NCBI GenBank assembly: GCA_031372065.1
Contig: JANMKN010000192.1
Span: 1-47,035 of the forward strand
DNA from: Abditibacteriaceae bacterium
GTDB lineage: Bacteria; Armatimonadota; Abditibacteriia; Abditibacteriales; Abditibacteriaceae
Direction of reading: 5' to 3'
Length of the DNA: 47,035 nt
Shown: piece by piece, positions 37,942-47,031 of the stretch
Layout: the number at the start of each line of letters is the position of its first letter
Numbering within the stretch: position 1 is the stretch's first letter
The notes under the pieces: model-generated
The model's input: only the letters and a program-made list of their open reading frames with translations
Databases searched by the model: none
Told to the model about the DNA's origin: nothing
Made by a program: the position numbers and the translations under genes

Positions 37942-40900
37942 TTACTCTTGTGGCACTCCCGACAATCGCAGTTGCCATAAATTTGCTTCGTCGCCTTGCA
38001 AAACTAAACCGGCGCGGAATGGTGAATAGCCGGTGCAATAACCTCGCACGAAAACTTGATTCCACCCGGCCCGCAATGTTACTTTTTGCGAGGCGACGCG
38101 GCGCAAATCAGTTTCTTCTTTGTAGCTCTCCACCTTAAGGGCTTCACCGTTGAGAAACCAGCGCAAATAGGTTTGCGGGTGGCTTTGAAACTGGAATTCC
38201 AATTCCGTCGCGCGCGGTGCATGAATCCATGTGGCGCCATACCAAACCTCGGCGCCGCCAAAAGCAACGCGGGTATCAAGGTCGGCCACTTGCGCCGCTT
38301 TCCATTTCACCTGTCCCGGATCGTTCCAGTAACCGCGCACCAATTCGCCTTGATAAACCGCGTTCAAATCCACTTTGCCACCATCGGGCGGATAAGTGGC
38401 GGCTTCAAAAAATTCGCGCACGGCTCCTTTCATATCTTTATCGCTGCCGGGCATTTTTCCGTTGGGGTCGTATTTGAAATTCTCCGTGCCCGGCCCTCCA
38501 AAGGGCCCGCAAATTTGCCAGTTTTTCACGAGAATTCCCTTTTCTAAGCCGGCCCATTGCGCGGGCGCCCACGAGCCGGGATAAAGGCGCGCTTCGGTTG
38601 GCTCATCAAAAGTTTCGCGGCTGGCCGAGCCATCGCTGTTGGCCCACCAAAATTTATTGTGCCCGCCAAAAGTCGCCGAAAAATTGACCTGCGTTTTCAT
38701 TCCGCCCGACAGCGTTGGCAAAGCTGGAATCGCCGCGCGTGGAATCTCGGCCAGAAACACAAAACCTTGCCCATCGTCATCAATTTTGTGCGACAATTTC
38801 GCGCCTTCGATTGGCCCGGCGTGTGCAAACGCGGCCTCGCCAACCGGTGTGCGATAAATTTGCGGGCGCGCGTTTTTGCCCGTCCATGTCGGGTATAAAC
38901 CCAATGCGACAGGTTGAAGCGCCGCGCCGTTTTTGAATAATCCAAAGACAAAACGTGCATCGCCCGCGCGTCCTGCCACCGGCCCATTGGGTTTGGCGTT
39001 GGCATCGCCTTGAATATAAAAACTCAAGGTGTCGGCCTTTTGATCGTGTGTGAAAATGCGTTCGAGATTGGGCAAGTTTTTCGGCTCAAACTTCGTTGCC
39101 AACCGCGCGTGCCAGCGCAGCAAAAGCGCATCGGGCCGATACAAAGCGCGCACTTCGACGGTTTGTTTTTCATCGGCAGAAAACCTAATCGGTTCCGCTG
39201 ATTCCCAGCCATTCAGCGAACCATCAAAAGCCGGTTCGCCTAAAGCAGGCATCCACCGCGCGACTTTGGCAATGCCGGCACCGCCCCGCAAACTGAGCGC
39301 GATTTCCGGCGGCGCGGCGATTTGCGAGGCGCTAATCGTCACGCGTTTTTGCAGCATAGCCAGTGGTTTTACGGGGTTTTCTTTGTGCGACCAGCCTTGC
39401 GCTTCATAAAGCAGCGGCGTGTATTTGCCCAGCGCAAAATAAATTTGGTTGTTGTCTTTGTTGGGGTAAATGGCGCCCGCGAAAAATTCGCCCGGCTGTG
39501 GATACAATCCGGCGTTTTGCCCGCGACGCCCATCGGGAAAAATGGTGTCCACATAAAGTCCATCTTCGTTGAGAAGCAGAACTCCGCAGCGCGATTGATC
39601 TATCACGCCCAGCAAGCCATTAATCGGGCGTTGGATGCGCATGGCGCCATACATTTCGCCGTTTTTCGCAATGCCCTGCAAAGCGGTGCGACCTGTGCGC
39701 CATTTTAAGCGATAGCCGCCTTTGCCATCGGGAACGTAGCGCGAAATTTTATGCTGCGCGCCTTCGTTGGCGCTGAAATTTTTGCCGCCGCGCGCCTGAA
39801 TCCAAAAGCCTTCTGCTACGGAACCATCGGCGCCCATCCAATCACTGCTGAAGTTCTCTGCCAACTCATTGCCGCCGTGAATGGCGTCGGCTTTTCCCTC
39901 CGCGCGGGCCTCGAAAATCGGGTCAGTCAGCAGCTTTTTCCACGTTTTGAAAATCGGATTGCCCTGCGCGTCGAAACTCTCTGGCGCCAAATGCCATAAG
40001 GCTTGCCCGCCTTGGCCGAGCGCTAAAAACGAGAGGTCATCGAGCCAGTTTTGGCCGTGATAAATCAGCAGCGAGGCGGGCATTTCCGTAGGGGCGCTTT
40101 CGCCGTTATCCACGCGCCCGTTGCCATTGGCATCATGCCACAGCGCGTAGCTTGTCTTATTGCCCTTGCGCTCTTGCAAAATCGCGGCAGACAGCACGCA
40201 GCGCTCGTTTTCCAACCGGTAAACATTGAATGAGCGCCGTCCGCACAAATAAATTTTGCCGCCGCGCCGCACCAAGCGCACGCGGTCGAGAAGCGGCACG
40301 CGCGCTTCATCTTCCACGAAAGGCCACACTGCGTCCACTGTCCATAGGCGTTTTTCGTAATCTACTTTGAAGCGCGTCAGCCAGCCGCCGTGACCGGGCA
40401 AATAAACGTGTGAGGGGTTTTCGGGGTCAATCGCATAACCATCGTTGGCTTTGGTTTGCAGCGACATAAAATCGCGCACGAATTTGCCGTCGCTATTCCA
40501 TTCGCTGACACGATTCGGCCCGGCGTTTTCTACGATCAGCAAATGGTCTTCGCCTTGCGCATTTGTCCACGTCGCCAACTTGCCGGGCGCCATCAACGTT
40601 TCGCGATCATAAGTGCCCGGTTTTTGCGCGGCTAACCTGCCAAAGGTGCGCGTGATCTTGCCTTGTGCATCAAGCTGATAAACCTTGTTGGCTTTTTCGT
40701 CGCTGAGGTAAAAACGCCCGTGCGAATCGGCTTCCAAATCAAAGGGATTGATGTTTTGCGGCACGATAAAAACACGCCGCCATTCATTTTTCTCAACATC
40801 GGTTTCGCTGACTGCGAAGTCCTCGCCAGCTTTGTGTAAGACATACACTTTCCCGTTTTGCGCTGCCAAACCCTGCGGGCGCGGCAGCGATAACTCACGT

Positions 40901-41799
40901 AAAATCTTGCCGTTTTCGCCATCGTGGACAGTGATTTTATCTGCAAACTCCGTAGCGCTTTCGCCGAAGTCGTGGCCCGCTGTTTCGATGATTTTTTCGC
41001 GCTGGGCGACGAATACCACAGGTTTGTTATGGGCATCGCGGGCAACGGCCATTGCCGTTACCCAGCCTTCGGGGAGATAGGAATTGCTGCGATTGGCGCC
41101 TTCGCTTTTGCCGAACGATTTCCCATCGGTGCGATACACAAATTTCGGCCCGCCATCGGTGCTAAAACCCCATACTGTTTCGCCATCGGTTGTGGCACTG
41201 GTGCCGCCCGCCGCGCCGCCCGATGGGAAGGCGCGCATAAATTGTTCATAGCCGATTGGTTTTTTCAAATCAATTAAGGGCGCACCCAAACCATTTTCCA
41301 GATATTGATAATAAAAAACCGCCACGCCATTTGGCCCGACGGCCACATCGCGCAGCGGCGAACCCACCGGGTCGCCTCCAAACGGCTCCGGTTTATCGAG
41401 TTGTTCCGGCGCCGGCAACCACGAGGAAGCGCCGCCCACGAAACGCGGCGTGATGCTGTGCCATTCGTTATCCACCGGCCATTTTTTCGCGGGCATAAAA
41501 ATGCCTTTGACGGCATAATCGCCCGGCGGAACAGGCATAAAATTATCGTCGAGGCCATCCCACACTTCCGAAAATTTGCCGCCATTTTCTTTGGTTACCT
41601 TGCGCGCCGCGCCACAGGCGAACTGACTGATAATCCAATCGGGATTTTTCGGGTCAACAATCGCCAAGGTCACGCGATAGGTTTGCGGTAGCGGCCCGCT
41701 TGTTGGCAGTTGATAGCTGATGGGCACGCCGACATTATCAACTGCGTTTACGCTGCTGATAAATAGTAGAAACGCGACGAATAAATGTAAGTTTTTCAT
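37942..41799 (-). CDS. Large secreted protein: FlgD-Ig-like, beta-propeller, CBM9-like, extra C-terminal beta-sandwich
   Basis: Signal peptide; WDGLDDNFMPVPPGDYAVKG; DLEADSHGRFYLSD; PAFDGSLNGW; WQICGPF...VTLRAGWNQVFV. Confidence 0.85.
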   Translation of the reverse strand: MKNLHLFVAFLLFISSVNAVDNVGVPISYQLPTSGPLPQTYRVTLAIVDPKNPDWIISQFACGAARKVTKENGGKFSEVWDGLDDNFMPVPPGDYAVKGIFMPAKKWPVDNEWHSITPRFVGGASSWLPAPEQLDKPEPFGGDPVGSPLRDVAVGPNGVAVFYYQYLENGLGAPLIDLKKPIGYEQFMRAFPSGGAAGGTSATTDGETVWGFSTDGGPKFVYRTDGKSFGKSEGANRSNSYLPEGWVTAMAVARDAHNKPVVFVAQREKIIETAGHDFGESATEFADKITVHDGENGKILRELSLPRPQGLAAQNGKVYVLHKAGEDFAVSETDVEKNEWRRVFIVPQNINPFDLEADSHGRFYLSDEKANKVYQLDAQGKITRTFGRLAAQKPGTYDRETLMAPGKLATWTNAQGEDHLLIVENAGPNRVSEWNSDGKFVRDFMSLQTKANDGYAIDPENPSHVYLPGHGGWLTRFKVDYEKRLWTVDAVWPFVEDEARVPLLDRVRLVRRGGKIYLCGRRSFNVYRLENERCVLSAAILQERKGNKTSYALWHDANGNGRVDNGESAPTEMPASLLIYHGQNWLDDLSFLALGQGGQALWHLAPESFDAQGNPIFKTWKKLLTDPIFEARAEGKADAIHGGNELAENFSSDWMGADGSVAEGFWIQARGGKNFSANEGAQHKISRYVPDGKGGYRLKWRTGRTALQGIAKNGEMYGAMRIQRPINGLLGVIDQSRCGVLLLNEDGLYVDTIFPDGRRGQNAGLYPQPGEFFAGAIYPNKDNNQIYFALGKYTPLLYEAQGWSHKENPVKPLAMLQKRVTISASQIAAPPEIALSLRGGAGIAKVARWMPALGEPAFDGSLNGWESAEPIRFSADEKQTVEVRALYRPDALLLRWHARLATKFEPKNLPNLERIFTHDQKADTLSFYIQGDANAKPNGPVAGRAGDARFVFGLFKNGAALQPVALGLYPTWTGKNARPQIYRTPVGEAAFAHAGPIEGAKLSHKIDDDGQGFVFLAEIPRAAIPALPTLSGGMKTQVNFSATFGGHNKFWWANSDGSASRETFDEPTEARLYPGSWAPAQWAGLEKGILVKNWQICGPFGGPGTENFKYDPNGKMPGSDKDMKGAVREFFEAATYPPDGGKVDLNAVYQGELVRGYWNDPGQVKWKAAQVADLDTRVAFGGAEVWYGATWIHAPRATELEFQFQSHPQTYLRWFLNGEALKVESYKEETDLRRVASQKVTLRAGWNQVFVRGYCTGYSPFRAGLVLQGDEANLWQLRLSGVPQE

Positions 41800-41873
41800 G
41801 GGAGCGCCGATTTCGTCTTCAAAGACGTTGGGATGAAGTTATTCTGCGCTGTTAAGCCCGCAAAGACAACTCC

Positions 41874-42104
41874 GCAGCCACAAAATTGTTCATCGCAGCC
41901 ACAAAATTGTTCATTGCAGCCCGAAAACTGACGGTCGCGACGCCCGAACTGAGCTTTGCGACGGCAAAAATGAGCTTCGCAACGGAAAAACTGATGGTCG
42001 CAGCGGCAAAACTGGGCTTCGTAGAGCTAAAAGTGGCCTTCGCAAGCCGAAAACTGTTCATCGCAAAGGCAAAACTGATGATCGTAGAGCTAAAACTGGG
42101 TTTC
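41874..42104. repeat. Degenerate 21-bp tandem array D (11 units)
   Basis: Units such as GCAGCCACAAAATTGTTCATC, GCAACGGAAAAACTGATGGTC, GTAGAGCTAAAACTGGGTTTC in exact 21-bp register. Confidence 0.93.
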
Positions 42105-42335
42105 ACAGTCAGCTTTTTATTTTATGAGACGGCGAAGTTTGTGAATCAGTTGGCATTTCAGACTGTCAAGCCGAATCAGGCGGCGAGGTGGCGAGATGAA
42201 ATAGAAAGCGCCTTCTTGCGAATCGTCTAACATACCTTCGGTCAAGATCGCGATAGATTTCCATAAGTCATCAATAAAATTTGCCACCGCACGGCGAACG
42301 GGTTATTTTAAATAAGGTCTGCGGGAGGAACTCTT

Positions 42336-42731
42336 ATGGATCATTTTGTTTACATCTTTGCCGGTGTTTTTGAAACCCGCGAAAGCGCTTGTGCTTACAC
42401 AGAAGAACAATGGGAACGCGAACCCGGCGCCGAGTTTAGCGATGAAGAATATGCGGCGTGGGAAGAGCGCAACCCAACATGGTTACTCCGCGCGGAACTG
42501 GGCGTTTATCTCGACAGCGATTTCATCGAAACCATTTGGGGCGAGGGGCGCTATGAATACCTTGGCACAATACTGACCGAACCCAATGCGGTAAAAAGCA
42601 TTAGTGCCCTCACGGGCACAGATGACAATACGATGGTTTTGATTTTCGACGAAGCCCTCGGTGATTTCGCTGCCAAGATGCCATCAACTTCCAAACTGCG
42701 ATATTGTGGAAAGTTTGCCTGTCAACTTTAA
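42336..42731 (+). CDS. Immunity-22-like acidic protein
   Basis: GGAGG RBS; YIFAGVFETRESACAY...LGVYLDSDFIE...LRYCGKF resembles the Imm22 pattern from memory. Confidence 0.55.
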   Translation: MDHFVYIFAGVFETRESACAYTEEQWEREPGAEFSDEEYAAWEERNPTWLLRAELGVYLDSDFIETIWGEGRYEYLGTILTEPNAVKSISALTGTDDNTMVLIFDEALGDFAAKMPSTSKLRYCGKFACQL

Positions 42732-42764
42732 GGCAAATATTCTCATTTAAGGCAAATATTCTCA
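42727..42764. repeat. Exact 19-bp tandem duplication
   Basis: TTTAAGGCAAATATTCTCA at 42727-42745 and 42746-42764. Confidence 0.95.
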
Positions 42765-42821
42765 CACATTCGGCGGGGTAGCTTGTCGAACCAAGGGCGT
42801 GTGAGGCACGCTTCAAAACTT

Positions 42822-43736
42822 ATGAAAACTTCAATGAAATTGGCAACCGTATTTGGTTTAAGCGCGATGTTGGCGCCCGCTATTGTGCAAGCACAGGCAC
42901 CTTCGCCACCAACGGCAGCGGAGCAACTCGGCTGGAAATTGGCGGTGCATTCTTACACTTTTCAAAGATTTTCCATCTTTGAAGCGATTGATAAAACCGC
43001 AGCGCTCGGCATTAAGCACATGAGCATTTCCGGCACCGTCAATTTGGCCGAAGCCGAAGGCAAAATCGTCAAGCGCCCCACGCCTTCGCTGACCGAGCCA
43101 GAAGCGGCAGCTATCAAAGCGCGCTTGATAGAAAAAGGCATTGACCCGGTTTTTGTGAACATGGGTGTTGTAAAGCCGAGCATCAACGAAACCGAGAGCC
43201 GCAAGATTTTCGAGGCCGCCAAACGCCTTGGCATCGAAGTGCTGGTGGCCGAACCCGAAGTGCATAACAAAAGGGAAGAACTTGGCCCCGTGATGGATGT
43301 AGTTGAAAAGCTCGCCAAAGAATACAACATCAAAGTGGCGATTCACAATCACCCCGGCCCGAACAATTTTTATTGGAATCCCGATACGGTTTTAGCCGCT
43401 GTGCAAGGCCGTAGCCCGTTATTAGGTGCCTGCGCCGATGTCGGGCATTGGGTGCGTTCCGGTCTTGATCCTGTGGAATGCCTCAAGAAATTAGAAGGGC
43501 GCGTGATTACCTTGCATTTCAAAGACCTCAACGAAAGCGGCCCCAAAGCTCACGATTTGCCGTGGGGCACTGGTGTCAGCAATGCCAAGGGAATGCTCGC
43601 CGAACTCAAACGCCAAAACTTTAAAGGCGCGATTTGTGTGGAGTATGAATACAACTGGGACAATTCTTCACCGGAAATCGGTCAGTCGGCGCAGTGGTTC
43701 AATGCCACCGCCACAGAACTGGTAAAGCAGCCATAG
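42822..43736 (+). CDS. Exported sugar phosphate isomerase/epimerase (xylose-isomerase-like TIM barrel)
   Basis: Signal peptide; SYTF, AIHNH, CADVGHW, LHFKD, PWGTG, CVEYE. Start set at ATG 42822. Confidence 0.9.
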   Translation: MKTSMKLATVFGLSAMLAPAIVQAQAPSPPTAAEQLGWKLAVHSYTFQRFSIFEAIDKTAALGIKHMSISGTVNLAEAEGKIVKRPTPSLTEPEAAAIKARLIEKGIDPVFVNMGVVKPSINETESRKIFEAAKRLGIEVLVAEPEVHNKREELGPVMDVVEKLAKEYNIKVAIHNHPGPNNFYWNPDTVLAAVQGRSPLLGACADVGHWVRSGLDPVECLKKLEGRVITLHFKDLNESGPKAHDLPWGTGVSNAKGMLAELKRQNFKGAICVEYEYNWDNSSPEIGQSAQWFNATATELVKQP

Positions 43737-43749
43737 TCCGTTTCTTCGT

Positions 43750-44196
43750 TTATTGAGCGCTGAGTTCTATTTTGTTGGTGACTTTGGCTTTTGGCGCTTT
43801 TTTGCGGGCAATGGTTTCCGCTGTTTTCTTTTGCACAGCGGTTTTTACTTTGCCGTTGAGAATTACCGTGTCATTGGTCGTGCCGACGCTGATAGTGTGA
43901 CCTTTCATTGCCGGCGAAGCGTTCAGGGCTTTGAGAATATCTACGCCCATCGCTTGCGACATAGTCATCTTCACAGGTGCTTTAACGAGCGACGTTGGCT
44001 TGTCCTTGATTTTGACAGGTGCCGCACCATGTGGCGCGCCCGTGCTTTTGGGGGCGGCCAGTTTGCCATTGGACAGGGCGCCAGTGCCTGCGGTTGAAGG
44101 GGTAGCTGAACCCGTCGCGGTGTGGTCATTGCTTTTGTTGCAGCCGGTCAACGCCAAGAAAAGCGCGCCTCCGAGCAGATAATTGATTGTTTTCAT
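43750..44196 (-). CDS. BON domain lipoprotein
   Basis: Lipobox LTGC; ISVGTTNDTVILNGKV...AETIAR...VTNKI. Confidence 0.85.
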   Translation of the reverse strand: MKTINYLLGGALFLALTGCNKSNDHTATGSATPSTAGTGALSNGKLAAPKSTGAPHGAAPVKIKDKPTSLVKAPVKMTMSQAMGVDILKALNASPAMKGHTISVGTTNDTVILNGKVKTAVQKKTAETIARKKAPKAKVTNKIELSAQ

Positions 44197-44210
44197 ATTC
44201 AAACCTCAGT

Positions 44211-45152
44211 TTACGAAATGACCATGCTACCGCTCGAAGGGTGCGCCAGACGCCAATCTTCGAGCAGTTGATGGGTGTAATGTTGGCTCCAGCCGAGATA
44301 CAGCGCCAAGCCGATATAAAGCGCTGCTACTATCATGCGATTCGTCGGCGAGACATCGAAATAAGCGGTATCTTGCTTTTTCAGCGCGCCCCAAAAGCGA
44401 AAGGCGCCCAAAATCAAGATAATCAGCATAATCGGGCTGTGCGAATTCAGAAACCACACAAACAAGCCGACTAATCCCACGCCCCACAGCATCGGCGACA
44501 GCGCCGCCGTGATGCGCCCGCCATCCAAAGGCGAAACCGGCACCATGTTGAACAAATTAATGAGCAGCGCCGTGGTTGCCAAGGCCAAAAACAAGGTGTT
44601 GCCGGTCACATAATACAAGCCCCACACCGCCGTGGCGCCGATGGTGCCCAGCAGCGGGCCGCCATAGCCGATATAGGCTTCGGTCAGGGCATCGCGCGGA
44701 AATTCCTTGAGCGTAATCAGCGCGCCCATGCCGGGAATAAACATCGGCGCCGAAACGGGGATTTTCTTCCATTTGGCGGCGATGACGTGTCCCATTTCGT
44801 GAACGAAAATCAGCAGCACAAACCCAACGGCGAACTGATAGCCCCACGCCAGCGCGTAGAACCAGATGCTGACCAACATCGAAGCCATCGTGGTGAACAA
44901 CTTGCCGAATTTCAAAAACACCAAGGCACTTTTGAATTTGAACAGCATGGTGCCGAGTGCTGCTAAAAGGCCCCAGAAGCCGCCCTTTTTTTGTGGCTGC
45001 GCGCCGACATGAGTGGACTCGGTAAACACTGGCACTTGATGGAAAGCCGGATTGAAGGCCGGTGGCGGTGTGGGCGACGAAAAATCAAAAGACGGCGACC
45101 CCGCTGGTGCGGAAGGTTGCGCGTTTGGATTCTCAGGAGGAACAGGTTGCAT
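44211..45152 (-). CDS. Site-2 protease (peptidase M50)
   Basis: HEMGH, FIPGMGA, GGP, NLFNMVPVSPLDGG; multiple TM helices. Start ATG 45152 or TTG 45164. Confidence 0.92.
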   Translation of the reverse strand: MQPVPPENPNAQPSAPAGSPSFDFSSPTPPPAFNPAFHQVPVFTESTHVGAQPQKKGGFWGLLAALGTMLFKFKSALVFLKFGKLFTTMASMLVSIWFYALAWGYQFAVGFVLLIFVHEMGHVIAAKWKKIPVSAPMFIPGMGALITLKEFPRDALTEAYIGYGGPLLGTIGATAVWGLYYVTGNTLFLALATTALLINLFNMVPVSPLDGGRITAALSPMLWGVGLVGLFVWFLNSHSPIMLIILILGAFRFWGALKKQDTAYFDVSPTNRMIVAALYIGLALYLGWSQHYTHQLLEDWRLAHPSSGSMVIS

Positions 45153-45256
45153 GAAAAGGAACAACGATTTCTGACAGCGGCACGTTCGCGATATTACACA
45201 ACTTTTCGCAAATAAGACCTGCGCGAGCGCGGTGCTGACGTTAGATTATAAAGACA

Positions 45257-46189
45257 ATGACCAACGAAAATCAAACCCATTCGGACATTCCTGAAATCAA
45301 TTTCGAGCTTTTGCGCTCCCTGCCGCTGCCGACTTACGGCGATGAGGCCGACAAAATGACCAAAGCCGAGCGCGGCAAACTTTTAATCATCGGCGGTTCG
45401 GCTCGTTTGCCCGGCGCCGCGATTTTGGCGGCCCGCGCCGCTTTGCGGGCCGGTTGCGGCACGGTTCGCGTCGCCGCGCCGGAAAATGTGGCGCTTGCCA
45501 TTGGCATCGCCGTGCCCGAACTGATGGTGTTGCCGCTGCCCAGTAATGCCAAAGCTGCTTTGGCGCTGCTCGAAGCGCAAGTGGAGCCGTGCGATGCCGT
45601 TGTCATCGGCCCCGGCTTAGACGAAAATGCCGAAACTGATGCTCTCGTGCGCGGCTTTTTGGCGCTGTGCTTGCTGCCTGCCGTCGTGGACGCGCAAGCG
45701 TTAATTGCGCTGGGGCAAAGCAAAGAAAAGCCATCCGCGCCGCGCATTTTCACGCCGCACGAGGGCGAAATGGAGGCATTGACCGGCAAAACGCTCGGCG
45801 AAGACCACGCCAAAGCCGCGCTGTCTTTTGCCAAATCGCGCGGCGTGACGCTCGCGCTTAAAGGGTCGGAAACCTTGATTGCTGGGCCGGACGGCACAAT
45901 TTATCGCAACACCGCCGGTTCGCGCGCTTTGGGCACGGCGGGCAGCGGCGACGTTTTAGCGGGCATTATCGGCGGCCTTTTAGCGCAAAAAATGGATGCG
46001 ACAGCGGCGACGGTTTGGGGCGTTCATCTGCACGCCTTAACCGGCGAAGCCTTGGCGCAAGACATGGGCGACGACGGCATTTTAGCGAGTGACCTTGCCG
46101 CGCGCCTGCCAATGGTTTTGCGCTATGCTCGCAAACAAGCCGCGCCCACCACCGGCGGACGGCGTTACGGTTTGCGACCATCAGAATGA
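45257..46189 (+). CDS. nnrD: ADP-dependent NAD(P)H-hydrate dehydratase (stand-alone YjeF C-terminal domain)
   Basis: RGKLLIIGGS...GAAILAARAALRAGCG, IGPGL, VVDA, TPHEGE, LKG, TAGSGDVLAG. Confidence 0.92.
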   Translation: MTNENQTHSDIPEINFELLRSLPLPTYGDEADKMTKAERGKLLIIGGSARLPGAAILAARAALRAGCGTVRVAAPENVALAIGIAVPELMVLPLPSNAKAALALLEAQVEPCDAVVIGPGLDENAETDALVRGFLALCLLPAVVDAQALIALGQSKEKPSAPRIFTPHEGEMEALTGKTLGEDHAKAALSFAKSRGVTLALKGSETLIAGPDGTIYRNTAGSRALGTAGSGDVLAGIIGGLLAQKMDATAATVWGVHLHALTGEALAQDMGDDGILASDLAARLPMVLRYARKQAAPTTGGRRYGLRPSE

Positions 46190-46190
46190 A

Positions 46191-46350
46191 GCGCGTCGGA
46201 AGGCTCGTTTCGGAGTGAAACGAGCCTTCCAACGTGCTTGAAGGCCTCAAACCGGAGCGGTTTGGAGGCTGCGACCACGTCGGGAGCCTCTAACCGGAGC
46301 GGTTTGAAGCCTTCCAGCCCGTTTGGAGCCTCCAAACGGGCAAAAACGCC
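46191..46350. repeat. Palindrome-rich degenerate 21/42-bp array E
   Basis: 21-bp-stem hairpin at 46191-46237; GCCTC(A/T/C)AA recurs at 46244, 46286 and 46328; GCCCGTTTGGA-GCC-TCCAAACGGGC hairpin. Confidence 0.75.
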
Positions 46351-46391
46351 CTTTTGTGGGCCTATTTCCTGTTTTGTGAGTCTAAAAACAG

Positions 46392-46967
46392 ATGACCACC
46401 TTCAAAACGCGCCTGCAAATCTACGGGCGATTGCTCAAAACGCATTGGTTTATCGTGCTGTGCTTTTTGGGTTTTTGTTTTATCGCCACTTTATCGGCGC
46501 AAGGTTTTGATCCGCTGTTCTTGGGACTTATAACCTTTTTCCTATGGATTATCGGGCCGAGCCTGATTTTCATCGTCTGCTTCGCCGAACACTATAAAGA
46601 AAAACGAAAAACGCGCTTAAAACCAGAGGATTTGATGGCCTTTGTGATGGCTTTTTCGCTGAGTTTCTCTGTTGTTTTTACTAATTGGCCGCTGCGTTTG
46701 AATTTTCTGATTTCGCATCCGGCCTTAGTGCGGGAAGCGCAAAATTTGGCCGCGAAAATGCCGTCTGTGTATCCGCGCTGGGTCGGCGGCTTTTATGTGC
46801 AAAAATCGGCAGTTGAACATGGTGCCACTTGCTTTTGGACGCAGGGAGATTCGGAAGAGGTAAACCGCTCCGGCATCATATTGAATCCAAAAGGCGGGAA
46901 GCCGCCCTTTAATTTATGGAGCGACGTATCGCTCGGCGACAACTGGCACGCCATATCGGAAGATTGA
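46392..46967 (+). CDS. Hypothetical membrane protein
   Basis: Three hydrophobic helices, WPLRLNF, soluble C-terminal domain ending LGDNWHAISED. Confidence 0.75.
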   Translation: MTTFKTRLQIYGRLLKTHWFIVLCFLGFCFIATLSAQGFDPLFLGLITFFLWIIGPSLIFIVCFAEHYKEKRKTRLKPEDLMAFVMAFSLSFSVVFTNWPLRLNFLISHPALVREAQNLAAKMPSVYPRWVGGFYVQKSAVEHGATCFWTQGDSEEVNRSGIILNPKGGKPPFNLWSDVSLGDNWHAISED

Positions 46968-46968
46968 T

Positions 46969-47031
46969 GTAGGGGCGAACCATGTGTTAGCCCAATTCTG
47001 TGTTGCGGGCGAACACAAAGTTCGCCCCGAC
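46969..47031. repeat. GTAG-type REP doublet (REPIN-like)
   Basis: GTAGGGGCGAAC-CATGT-GTTAGCCC ... GGGCGAACAC-AAA-GTTCGCCCCGAC: two inverted REP-like hairpins starting 2 nt after a stop. Confidence 0.75.

Noticed and set aside
29610..41799. Giant paralogues as polymorphic toxins or DGR targets
   Set aside because: No RHS/YD or haemagglutinin repeats, no interspersed immunity genes, no reverse transcriptase and no visible template/variable repeat pair.
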